Of a stretch of 64,000 nucleotides of DNA, positions 46,930 to 56,997 are shown piece after piece. The notes under the pieces were generated by a model. The model saw nothing but the letters and a program-made list of their open reading frames with translations, did no database searches and was not told the origin of the DNA. A program made the translations under genes and the position numbers. Source of the DNA: a virus; IMG/VR virus record IMGVR_UViG_3300021963_000037, positions 1 through 64,000 of that record; one strand, written 5' to 3'. How positions within the stretch are numbered: position 1 is the first letter of the stretch; each line of letters begins with the position of its first letter.

Positions 46930-48228
46930 ATGATTAACTTAAGTGATTCAGAGATTCTTCAAAAAGGTCTCGTAGGAATAGAATTCGAATTCTATGCAAA
47001 TGTATCTTTAGAAGAGACAGCCAAACAATTAGCTGAAACTCTAGGAAAAAAGATTAGAATCGAGAAAAAACATCATAGTGATTTTACTCCAAATCAAAAG
47101 GAGTTTAAAATCGAACCAGATATGAGTGGTGGCGCCGGACTAATGGAATTAGTTACCGGCGCTTTGCCATATTCTGAGGGTAGAATGATTATTATTAAAG
47201 TTTGTGATTGGATTAATAAGAATGGATATACTACAAACCGTTCTTCAATTCATTTAAACTTAAGCTTTGATTCTAAATTAACAGGTAATAGATACCAAAT
47301 CTCTAGAATGAGTCCACTTAAATTCATTTTAGATTTTAATGAAGAACAAGTATGGAAATCGTTTCCGGGTAGAAAAGATTCTGCTTATGCAAAATCAATT
47401 AAGTTTGTTCTTCCAAGAACAGAAACTTATGTATATGATGGAAATCATATTAGCCAAAACAATTTCATTTTCCCTCAATCTAAATATTATGGAGTAAACT
47501 TTGAAAAGTTACAAAAGAATTATTTAGAATTTAGATATTTAGGAGGAGAAGATTGGCACAAGAAGCAAACAAAAATCTTAACTCTTTTAGATTCATTTTT
47601 AATGCAGCTTTGGAAAACTTCAACTGATGATGGATTTACTAGTAACAATAGATTAGAACTTAAAAAGATTCTTACTAAAAATAAGAGAATTATTGATTCT
47701 CGAGTTGATTGGAGAAACATTGAAAAAGGTTGGAACGGTGTTGAATTAACCGTAGACCTTGATAAAGACGAGAGAGTTATTGATATTTACTGGCCGCAAA
47801 TCAAAGACCAAGTGATGAACTTATTCACCAATGGTCAACTTACTAAGGGTAAGATTAACTATGACTCAGATACTGGAAGAGTTCAGGTTGAAGGCGGTGA
47901 ATTACCATATTGTTTCGGAATCATGAACTATGAATTTATCAAATGTAGTATTATGGGAGAACTTACATATTGTGATATATTTCAATGTGATGTTAAAGCT
48001 TCCGATATTCGTTCATGTAATTTCTATCAAGGTACTCAAATTAATGGTTCTAAAATCGGATCATCTTATGTCAATAAAAGTTGTGTAGCAACAAATTGTT
48101 ACGTATATGGAGTTGACGGAGTATTTAGTGGACAAATGAATGATGGTATCTTTAGAGAGGGTAAATATACAAAATCTGCGATATTTAAAGATACTGAAAT
48201 AATTACATCAACAAAAATAGCTGGATAA
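46930..48228 (+). CDS. putative amidoligase (COOH-NH2 ligase) with C-terminal beta-helix-like tail
   Basis: GIEFEF, ELVT, SIHLNLS, KYYGVN, LEFR. Confidence 0.7.
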   Translation: MINLSDSEILQKGLVGIEFEFYANVSLEETAKQLAETLGKKIRIEKKHHSDFTPNQKEFKIEPDMSGGAGLMELVTGALPYSEGRMIIIKVCDWINKNGYTTNRSSIHLNLSFDSKLTGNRYQISRMSPLKFILDFNEEQVWKSFPGRKDSAYAKSIKFVLPRTETYVYDGNHISQNNFIFPQSKYYGVNFEKLQKNYLEFRYLGGEDWHKKQTKILTLLDSFLMQLWKTSTDDGFTSNNRLELKKILTKNKRIIDSRVDWRNIEKGWNGVELTVDLDKDERVIDIYWPQIKDQVMNLFTNGQLTKGKINYDSDTGRVQVEGGELPYCFGIMNYEFIKCSIMGELTYCDIFQCDVKASDIRSCNFYQGTQINGSKIGSSYVNKSCVATNCYVYGVDGVFSGQMNDGIFREGKYTKSAIFKDTEIITSTKIAG

Positions 48229-48230
48229 AA

Positions 48231-49064
48231 ATGAGTGATATTAATCAAAGCAATATAGGAACCATAACAACTCCACCTTCATGGGATAATGAGTGTTATA
48301 ATAATTTCGTAAATGAATTAGCTGACGATATTACAGGATCTTGTATGATACCTATGAATTTACCTAAAAAAGAAGTTCAGAATATTATACAACGCGCAAA
48401 GAAATGGTTCTTTAAAAATTATGAATATTCTGTAAGAGAAAGTTTTATAGGTATTCCTAAACAAGTTTTCGATACTGAATATTTTAAAAGAACTAGATCG
48501 TTAACTTTACCAAAAGAGAATCCATTAACCGGAGGAGGAGAAGTATATTCAGTATTTGGTGTTAGGTCAACTGGATCTAGATTTGGTGCTGGAACTTCAG
48601 TAACATTTACAACTGGAGACTTTGCATTAGAGAGAATGATGTATGGTGGTCTTTATGGAGGTACCGGTACTGTATCAGGTGCTGAAAATTTACAGTATTA
48701 TGTTATTAACGAAAGTTATTTTGATTTAGTTAGACAAATCTTAGATAACCCTTACAGTTTTCACTATAGTCAATTAACACATGAACTTCGTTTTACTGGT
48801 GAAATTCCTAACAGAGATACTATATTAGAAATATATGAAACTGTACCACAATGTGCTTTATTTGCAGACGAAATCTTTTTTAGATACTGTGCTGCTAAAA
48901 TTAAAATATCTCTAGGAAATAAAATGGGGATCTTTGGATTCAATCTTCCTGGTAATATATCAATCAATGCTGACAATATTCAATCTCTTGGAGAAGCTGA
49001 ACTTGAAAGAGTTCTTGAAGAAATTAAAGGAGATGAAGGTGTTGATTGGATGATGCACTCATAA
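48231..49064 (+). CDS. putative neck/head-tail adaptor protein
   Basis: FNLPGNISIN...GEAEL C-terminus reminiscent of T4 gp13-like neck proteins. Confidence 0.55.
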   Translation: MSDINQSNIGTITTPPSWDNECYNNFVNELADDITGSCMIPMNLPKKEVQNIIQRAKKWFFKNYEYSVRESFIGIPKQVFDTEYFKRTRSLTLPKENPLTGGGEVYSVFGVRSTGSRFGAGTSVTFTTGDFALERMMYGGLYGGTGTVSGAENLQYYVINESYFDLVRQILDNPYSFHYSQLTHELRFTGEIPNRDTILEIYETVPQCALFADEIFFRYCAAKIKISLGNKMGIFGFNLPGNISINADNIQSLGEAELERVLEEIKGDEGVDWMMHS

Positions 49065-49083
49065 AAATAACGATACATACTAA

Positions 49084-49443
49084 ATGGAATTGTATATTAA
49101 GACGAATGGGGATCCTAATTATGATCCGACAAAATTGCAATCTGACAGCAGAATTGCAACGCTGTTGGCTCAAATTGATGTGATTCTTTTCACAAGAAAA
49201 GGAGAAGTCATCGGTTCACCAGCTCTTGGTTGCAATTTAGAAGACCTGGTATATAGCCTAAATTACAATGATTCTCAAATAAAAAATGAAATAGAATCTC
49301 AACTTGCAAGATACGTTCCGCTTGCTGCGGAAATGAATGTAACAGTTGACGTTGATTTTGATACCGCATCTCCTGACCGTGATGCTATCTTTATTAATAT
49401 TAATATCGATGGGGGTAAAGAATCAGTGCAAGTTGAAATATAA
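49084..49443 (+). CDS. baseplate wedge protein, gp25-like
   Basis: LFTRKGEVIGSPALGCNL. Confidence 0.8.
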   Translation: MELYIKTNGDPNYDPTKLQSDSRIATLLAQIDVILFTRKGEVIGSPALGCNLEDLVYSLNYNDSQIKNEIESQLARYVPLAAEMNVTVDVDFDTASPDRDAIFININIDGGKESVQVEI

Positions 49444-49454
49444 ATAAAATTAAC

Positions 49455-51275
49455 ATGGCAAACCTAACATTTTTACAAAAAACTAGAATACAGGCGAATC
49501 AGTTATTAACTGATACGAAGACCTATATGTCTAGGCTATATACAAGATTAGGTGAGGTTTTTACACCAGCTTCTCCATTCTTTCAGATTGTTACAGTATT
49601 AACTGAAATATCTGAACTAATCTTCTTTTATATTGAAGATGCGACAGTTGAACAAAATATCCTAACAGCTCAGCAACCTGAATCTATTTATGGTCTTGCT
49701 AGATTAACTGGACATGATGCATTTAGAGGTTCTTCTGCAATCGGTGAAATTAAAATTAGATTAAATACGTCTTCAATTAATGAAATTGCCGGAGATGCAA
49801 TTACAATTCCAGCAAACGCCGTTATTAAATCAAACGGAAATGGATTAGAATATATTTTAAGAACAAATACTGATTTATTTAGAATTGAAAAGTCTAATTT
49901 TAATTATATCACAATCCCAATTATACAAGGTTCTCACGAAGCACAAACTGTAACTGGAACCGGTGCAGCGTTACAATCATTTAACTTAAACGTTAAAGAA
50001 TACACTGATCATTTTAATATTAGAGTTTCAGTTAATGGTCAATTATGGACCAAATATGATTCACTATATGATATGTTACCTTCGTCTAAAGGATATTTAG
50101 TTAAAACTGGAATTAATGGAGGTTTAGATCTTTATTTTGGTAATGGTTCCTTTGGAATGATTCCAGATGTTGGAACTTCTATTATGGTTGAATATATTAT
50201 GCATAAAGGTTTTACCGGAAATTTAAATGATTCTAAAGACCTTACCTTTAAATTTATAACTGAAGGTTCAGATTCTACTGGTCAAACTTACGATTTGAAT
50301 AAAATATTAGAAGTTTATTGTACTCAATCTCCTAAAATGGGATCAGATCCAGAGAATATTAAAACAACTAAGTTGATTGCTCCTTTAGCATCTAAATCTT
50401 TTGTGCTAGCAACGCCTGAAAATTACGAATACTTCCTATCAAGATATGGATTGTTCTCTTATTTAGATGCTTATAATACAACCGATGATGGATATATCGA
50501 TGATGATAATATCATCTATTTGTTCATGCTTCCTGATACTAAAAAGAAATTAACAAAGAATAAAGACTATTTTAGTTTGGATCTTAACGAGTTCTTCTTT
50601 TCTCAAGATGAGAAAAATGGAATTCTTGGAATATTAGAAAATTCAGGACAACAAATGGTTACAACTGAAGTTCAGATTGTAGATCCAACTCCTAAATATT
50701 ATAGAATGGATATTAAAGTTAGATACTTTGAAGGACACTCAAAGACTAATATTTATACAAACATACGAGCAAAAGTTTCAGAATATTTAATGAATATTAC
50801 AAGAAGAGATCGCTTACCAAAATCTGATTTAATAGCAATTATTGAAGGTGTTGATGGTGTTGACTCTGTAAATATTAGATTTGTATCAGAAGCTGAAGAA
50901 ACTGCTAGAAAAAATGGTTACTATGTTTCAAAAACAGTTACAGTAACTCCTTCCACACCAACATTAGAAACAATTGGAAATGGAAAACAAAAATTTGTAT
51001 TCTTTAAAAGAACTGTAACCGAAACTCAAGTTAATTTTGAACCAAATGCTGCTTTACCAGAATCGGTAATTGGATTAGATTCTTTTGGTGATATTATATT
51101 AGGAAAAGAGGAAGTAGCAATGTTCAGAGGAGGATGGATAGATCGAGAAGGTATTACAGTACCAGACGATGCTAGAGCTGGAGAACTTGCAGCATTATCT
51201 GTTTATTTTGATGAACCACCAGTTCCAATGACAATTTATTCATCAATACAAACTCAAAATAGAAAACAAATCTAA
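49455..51275 (+). CDS. baseplate wedge protein, gp6-like
   Basis: ILTAQ..SIYGLA..G, YFGNG.FG, G.DPE, LATPENYE, IEGVDGVDSV. Confidence 0.8.
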   Translation: MANLTFLQKTRIQANQLLTDTKTYMSRLYTRLGEVFTPASPFFQIVTVLTEISELIFFYIEDATVEQNILTAQQPESIYGLARLTGHDAFRGSSAIGEIKIRLNTSSINEIAGDAITIPANAVIKSNGNGLEYILRTNTDLFRIEKSNFNYITIPIIQGSHEAQTVTGTGAALQSFNLNVKEYTDHFNIRVSVNGQLWTKYDSLYDMLPSSKGYLVKTGINGGLDLYFGNGSFGMIPDVGTSIMVEYIMHKGFTGNLNDSKDLTFKFITEGSDSTGQTYDLNKILEVYCTQSPKMGSDPENIKTTKLIAPLASKSFVLATPENYEYFLSRYGLFSYLDAYNTTDDGYIDDDNIIYLFMLPDTKKKLTKNKDYFSLDLNEFFFSQDEKNGILGILENSGQQMVTTEVQIVDPTPKYYRMDIKVRYFEGHSKTNIYTNIRAKVSEYLMNITRRDRLPKSDLIAIIEGVDGVDSVNIRFVSEAEETARKNGYYVSKTVTVTPSTPTLETIGNGKQKFVFFKRTVTETQVNFEPNAALPESVIGLDSFGDIILGKEEVAMFRGGWIDREGITVPDDARAGELAALSVYFDEPPVPMTIYSSIQTQNRKQI

Positions 51276-51559
51276 TGGCTCAAGAGCAGATAAATTTATA
51301 TGATGGATTATTCTCGGCTGGTTATGAAAGTATTTACGACTTCCATAACCAATCTGTCGATAATAGGAAAAACCTAGGACATGATTTTAGAAATTCTGTT
51401 TTGACAAAATCTATCTCAAACGCGCTATTAAGAAATCAATATCTTAGCGATTTTATCATCTTACTACAAGATGTTGTTGTTATGTATATTGATTCAGTAA
51501 CTCATTTAAAGGTTTATAAGAACTTCACGGTGAGTAAAAATTATAAGAAAATAAGATAA
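51275..51559 (+). CDS. hypothetical protein
   Basis: 94-aa ORF with TAATG coupling. Confidence 0.7.
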   Translation: MAQEQINLYDGLFSAGYESIYDFHNQSVDNRKNLGHDFRNSVLTKSISNALLRNQYLSDFIILLQDVVVMYIDSVTHLKVYKNFTVSKNYKKIR

Positions 51560-51562
51560 TAC

Positions 51563-54418
51563 ATGGGAAAATATTCAAATCTTAGATTTTTTAACGGTGT
51601 ATCTCATGAATTAAATTTCAATTACGATACTACAACCGAAAAATGGGACGGAATTATATTCGTTCCCAAAGTTTCTGTTGGTTTGTATGAGACCGTTAAC
51701 CTATTTGTCCTTGAAGAAGTTCATAAAGAATTAGGTGGATTTGAGTACATTACTCCAATTGCTGAATCTTCTAGTGCTACAAAATTTCTTTTTGAAATTG
51801 AAGATAGCGAACTTTTTAAAGGAGACATTTTCTTATATGACGTTACTGACAATAATGGTTACTACACAGTTAATGCCATTTCAAAACAGTCTGAATCAAT
51901 ATTGGCTAACACTGTATCAACATCGACATATAATTATGTAAATACTAACAATACAAATTCTGCTACCAACCAAGGAAATACATATAAACAAATAAGCTCA
52001 GTTCCTTCACACGTTGCACTACATTGTAAAATTGCTTTAATGTCGGATGAAGAAAAGATCCACATTAAATTACTAAACATTTATGATACTGATTCTGCTG
52101 GAAATAAAATTAATTTAATTGGTACTATAAAAATATATGGAGAAACCGTAGGAGAAGACGAGCGTTTAACAACTCTTCTTTCTAACTTTGGTATGTCTCT
52201 GCAAGAAGAAGATTTCTTAATCTTCAAAAATACTGACATTAACGAATTTAAAGTCGATTATCAAATAATAAATGATAAAAGAAAAGAGCTACTTTTAGAA
52301 GCTCATAATATTAAGCCGTTCGTTGGTACTTATAAGGCTATTATTAATGCAATTAAATTCTTTGGTTATGATAATATCAAACTTAAAGAATATTGGTTGA
52401 ATATTAATGAGCAATCTGAAAACTTCGGTAAATTAAAAGCGGTTGCTGTTCCTGATCCATCTCAACCTGGTTATTTGGCTAAGAAGAACAACGATATACA
52501 ATTACCAAATTCAAATTTAAAGAAAACTTCAAGATTCTCATTAGTTTATAAACTTAATGAACCTGATGGTAATGTTGACGAGTGGGATGTTCCTACCGTT
52601 AAAGAGTCTTTTGACTTTACGCCAGAAGAAATCTTGGTTAAATTATACGGACTTAAGAGAAGATTACAAAAAGACTATCTTCCACTTCAAGCCAAAATTG
52701 TTGATATTACTGGAGAAGGAGACTTCTTTACTCAATTTACTCAAAATGTTTGGAGAGACCAACATACAATTCAGGTTCAGAGTTCTGGAACTGAAGTTGA
52801 TTTTACAGTTAGTCCTAAACGTAGACTATTTGTTGAAGATTTACGATTAATTAGCTTAGATCTGGCTGATCATTTTGAAAATAATGGAAACCAATGGCCT
52901 ATTGCTAGTCAATCTAGTGTGATTGTCGAAGTTGAAGATTTTTACAACAATTACTATAATCAAGCTCAAGATACTTATACCACATTAACTCCTGTGCCAA
53001 TCGGATGTCCAGTTATTTTAGAATGTACTTCATTGACTGACACATGGGATAGTTGTGATTTTAATTGGAATGATGCTGATTTAGCAGCAAATGATTATAC
53101 TGGAGTTGCATCTTCATTATATACATGGAGTACTCTTTGGAAAAAAGATGTATATGAAGCTGAATGGATTATTAATGGTCCAAGAGGCTATAATGTAACT
53201 TTAAGAGGTTCGGTTGATGATTATAAAAAGATGCTTGTTGTGCTTCCAAATGCTGGAACGCATGAAGTTATTTTAAACTTATATGACTTATACAACGCTA
53301 GATCGTATATGAGAAAACTTGATATTGTTGTTAACAATAAAGCAATTGATTTATACGGATTCTATTCATTTAAACCTGAATTAGATCAATGGAATCTTCA
53401 TGATTTACCATGGAATCTTTCTGGTGGTTATTTTGAACAACCTCAAGATAGTTACAATACAATGGATGAGATGATTGCATCTTGGTACTTAACTCTTGAT
53501 CGAGCAAATTACCCACATGATTCATCAAATGGAATTAACTTCTCAACAGTAACAAGATATGAAGACACTTCAACATCAACTAACTTTGCTGAGACAGCTG
53601 GTCCTTTTATTTGGAAAAACTTAAAGAATCATGTATGGGATGATGGTTATGGAATTACATGGGATTCAACTAGAATTGGGCCGGATTTAGCTGCATCTTT
53701 TGCATTTGAACTTGACCAATCTGGCGGATATACTAACGGATACCCATTAACGATTGTTCATACAAATACATCAAACAATCAAGATATTACAGAATCTTAT
53801 GAGATTCAAACAATATATCCTACCAATAACAATGATTTACAGGCGTACATTGATATTCAAGATGAGTTAAATAATTTAGATCCAATATTATATCCTATTT
53901 TTGCTAAGTTTAAATTTAATGCAATTTTAGTAGATAATAATGGAGATGGAATTGAAGATTCTTGTTTAAAGATAATTGCGGTTGGTAAGGAATATTCATC
54001 ATCTTACGATTTTAAGGATGTTCATTTTGATATTTCTTCGAATGGTGGAGCAATTCTACCAGATTCTAAAGTTAATTATAAAGCTTACAATCCTAAATTT
54101 AATGATATTATTCTTTTTAAAGATCACGCTAATATTTCAATGCTACAACATATTACAATGTCTTATGATAAAACTAATATGCCAGGAATTGTTAATCAAG
54201 AGTGGTCAATAATTAATAATAGAACTAATGAAACTGTAACATATCAAGGACAATGGTTGACATATCTTTTCAGCGAAAGAGGAGATTACACAATTCAATT
54301 AACCGTAACTGATTGTAATGGTAATATAAATACAACAAAACGAAATATGATTTCAGTGGTAGAGCCAATAAATGCTAGACCTAGAAAACGACCAAAATAT
54401 CAGTATGTCGCAGGATAA
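51563..54418 (+). CDS. large baseplate-associated structural protein
   Basis: GTYKAIINAIKFFGY motif; PKD-like C-terminus GDYTIQLTVTD. Confidence 0.6.
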   Translation: MGKYSNLRFFNGVSHELNFNYDTTTEKWDGIIFVPKVSVGLYETVNLFVLEEVHKELGGFEYITPIAESSSATKFLFEIEDSELFKGDIFLYDVTDNNGYYTVNAISKQSESILANTVSTSTYNYVNTNNTNSATNQGNTYKQISSVPSHVALHCKIALMSDEEKIHIKLLNIYDTDSAGNKINLIGTIKIYGETVGEDERLTTLLSNFGMSLQEEDFLIFKNTDINEFKVDYQIINDKRKELLLEAHNIKPFVGTYKAIINAIKFFGYDNIKLKEYWLNINEQSENFGKLKAVAVPDPSQPGYLAKKNNDIQLPNSNLKKTSRFSLVYKLNEPDGNVDEWDVPTVKESFDFTPEEILVKLYGLKRRLQKDYLPLQAKIVDITGEGDFFTQFTQNVWRDQHTIQVQSSGTEVDFTVSPKRRLFVEDLRLISLDLADHFENNGNQWPIASQSSVIVEVEDFYNNYYNQAQDTYTTLTPVPIGCPVILECTSLTDTWDSCDFNWNDADLAANDYTGVASSLYTWSTLWKKDVYEAEWIINGPRGYNVTLRGSVDDYKKMLVVLPNAGTHEVILNLYDLYNARSYMRKLDIVVNNKAIDLYGFYSFKPELDQWNLHDLPWNLSGGYFEQPQDSYNTMDEMIASWYLTLDRANYPHDSSNGINFSTVTRYEDTSTSTNFAETAGPFIWKNLKNHVWDDGYGITWDSTRIGPDLAASFAFELDQSGGYTNGYPLTIVHTNTSNNQDITESYEIQTIYPTNNNDLQAYIDIQDELNNLDPILYPIFAKFKFNAILVDNNGDGIEDSCLKIIAVGKEYSSSYDFKDVHFDISSNGGAILPDSKVNYKAYNPKFNDIILFKDHANISMLQHITMSYDKTNMPGIVNQEWSIINNRTNETVTYQGQWLTYLFSERGDYTIQLTVTDCNGNINTTKRNMISVVEPINARPRKRPKYQYVAG

Positions 54419-54475
54419 TTATCGGTTATCTTGATATATACTAAGAGACATTTAAAAACAACAAAAATAACTAAA

Positions 54476-55021
54476 ATGGCAACAATCACAACAATTCTAG
54501 GTACCGATAGCGTATCGTCATCAAGAGTAACTCTAAATGACAATTTTGCTGCAATTAACCAGGAACTTGCTGACATCGCTGCATTGCTTGATGTACTAAA
54601 TGAAACTATTACACTTAGCGGTTTAGCTCAGTTCGGTTCATTAAATATTGCAAATGGTAAGGTAATAGCAAACAGTTCTTCATTAACATCAACGGTTCCA
54701 TTTACTATTAATGAGAAACTTAACATTGGTAGAGGAGTTTATCATTCTGTTACAACAGGAGTAACTACATTACCAACAGCTGGTAACTTTGTAAGTTCAA
54801 CTTATGTACTTAATGGTGCTGGTATCAGTGGAACTTTAGCACTTGCTGCAGGTTTATCTGGACAAGAAATCACATTAATCGCTGACGGTGGTCCAATTGC
54901 AGTAGCAGTAACTAACGTTAATGGTCCATCAGCAATTTCTATCGCCAATAAAGGTACTTTAACATTACGTTTCGTAGGAACTAAATGGTATGTTATGGGT
55001 TCTTATGGCGTAACATTCTAA
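54476..55021 (+). CDS. putative structural protein
   Basis: SRVTLNDNF motif; start moved to ATG 54476 behind GATATATA. Confidence 0.6.
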   Translation: MATITTILGTDSVSSSRVTLNDNFAAINQELADIAALLDVLNETITLSGLAQFGSLNIANGKVIANSSSLTSTVPFTINEKLNIGRGVYHSVTTGVTTLPTAGNFVSSTYVLNGAGISGTLALAAGLSGQEITLIADGGPIAVAVTNVNGPSAISIANKGTLTLRFVGTKWYVMGSYGVTF

Positions 55022-55039
55022 TAAAACAATTAACCGTAA

Positions 55040-56995
55040 ATGGCAACACCATTAGTAAGAATACCGCAAGAACAAGGAGGAACCTTGTATGCTTTTGCAT
55101 CTGCTGCTAGAGATTTAACTAGAGCTTATCATAATCCTGATATTAACTTCGAATTTTCGAAGTTTGCTCTATTAAACTTGCCGCCAGTTGCAATCCCTTC
55201 ATCGGGCTCAACAAATAACTATATTCAATTTAGTAACTTATTTGATGCATCTGGTGCAGGATACGATGATACTAGTGTTGATAATGCTAACGTACATTTT
55301 GCTCAAACATTTCAAAACTATGCTTTAAATTTCGAGCAATTAATTTTAACAGATGATGATTTTGATCCGGCTTTACTAAAGTCTGATTCAGAACAAATTA
55401 TGTTTAAATGGTTATATGAGATTGGTGCTATTAATTGGAAAGCTGGAAATTCTCAAGAAGTATCTAGCGGTTATTCAAGATTCATCGAATTAGATGATTC
55501 AATAAATGTAGGATCTGAATATTCTCAATTAGTTAAATATGTTGGAAACATTGATGTTTCAAATGATAAAAACTACCAAGGAAATACTTATAATGAAGTA
55601 TTCATTAACGTTCCTTCTGTTGTAGGACATACACCAGAAATTTTATTTAAATCAGGCGTTTGGAATACATCATCAACAATATACAATCCAGGAGACTACA
55701 TTGAAGGCCGTGCTGGACAAAATCATCCTGATGCAAACTTAAATATAGATGCATTAGCTGATTCAAATCAAGGCGAAATTAATTTTGATCCTAATACATA
55801 TCCAACCTATGGAATTGAGTGGGATGCTGCTAAATATGCTAGAGTCATAAACAATCCTGAATTAAGTACTCTTTTTGATTACTCAAAATTAGGTAGTGAC
55901 TTTAGTTTCAATGCTATTTTAGTTTATTACGATATTTACTCAAAATCAACATCCGTTAATAGAGCAACAAATCTATACGGTATTTTGATTCTAGATAATT
56001 TTAAAGAAGAACCAAACTTAAATGGTTGGTATATTCCTTCTTTAACAAAATACAAACCAAATGATGTTACTGGTCTAAATGGTAACGCATTTGCTCTTAA
56101 ATTAAACGTTAAGTTTAATACATCTTTAGATAATGTTGGAATTGAAAATAACATCAATGACTTTACAACATTCTCGATGGATATTTTCCTAGATACTTCT
56201 GCTGCTCTAGACCAAGCAACTAAGTTACTTCTTAATGCAAGCGCTAGATATGAGTCAATTGCTCAAAAAGTATCAGAATTAGAAACTTTGTTATTGACTT
56301 CTACACAAGTTGATAATATAGGAACTAGAATTGCTGCTTTAGAAACAATGGTTGAAGATGCTAAATTAAATTATGCTAATTCAACTTCATTATTAGGATT
56401 AATTCAATCAACTAATAAAAGAATCAATCAATTATTAGATGGTACGGTTCCAAGTGAAGTTCAATACAATATTGATGTTATCAAATCTGGTAACGGAGTT
56501 GAAGTTGATAAATCAGTTCCTGGCTTATTAACTTTAAAGAATAAAGTTTATGGTTACGAACTAGTAGATGCATTTAACTTTGATGTTAGTAACTCATCAA
56601 ATATTAACTGGTCAGTTGGTTCTAAAATTGAATCAACAAACGCTTATAATATTGCAAATGCTTCAACAAATGCAATTTGGGTTAGATTTAAAAATTACTC
56701 TAATAGAATTAATATCTGGTTAGATAACACTAGCTCATTAGTTTCAGATATTAATATATACATTGATGATACTGTTATCGATTGGAAAAGAGGTCATGTC
56801 CTTAAATTTAATTTTAAGAACAACTTGATTTTAAACGGAAACAATGTCAAATTCTTCACTGATAAAAATGGAACTAACGGTTGGAAACAAATAGGAGTTA
56901 TTAATGCTTCTGAAATTATGAATGCCAAACCATACGTTGAACTTATCTGTGTTGACGAAATAAACAAGTCATTTGAAATTGACATACTAAGATAA
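55040..56995 (+). CDS. putative structural protein
   Basis: 651-aa ORF; GGTLYAF and FNAILVYYD motifs; context. Confidence 0.55.
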   Translation: MATPLVRIPQEQGGTLYAFASAARDLTRAYHNPDINFEFSKFALLNLPPVAIPSSGSTNNYIQFSNLFDASGAGYDDTSVDNANVHFAQTFQNYALNFEQLILTDDDFDPALLKSDSEQIMFKWLYEIGAINWKAGNSQEVSSGYSRFIELDDSINVGSEYSQLVKYVGNIDVSNDKNYQGNTYNEVFINVPSVVGHTPEILFKSGVWNTSSTIYNPGDYIEGRAGQNHPDANLNIDALADSNQGEINFDPNTYPTYGIEWDAAKYARVINNPELSTLFDYSKLGSDFSFNAILVYYDIYSKSTSVNRATNLYGILILDNFKEEPNLNGWYIPSLTKYKPNDVTGLNGNAFALKLNVKFNTSLDNVGIENNINDFTTFSMDIFLDTSAALDQATKLLLNASARYESIAQKVSELETLLLTSTQVDNIGTRIAALETMVEDAKLNYANSTSLLGLIQSTNKRINQLLDGTVPSEVQYNIDVIKSGNGVEVDKSVPGLLTLKNKVYGYELVDAFNFDVSNSSNINWSVGSKIESTNAYNIANASTNAIWVRFKNYSNRINIWLDNTSSLVSDINIYIDDTVIDWKRGHVLKFNFKNNLILNGNNVKFFTDKNGTNGWKQIGVINASEIMNAKPYVELICVDEINKSFEIDILR

Positions 56996-56997
56996 AT

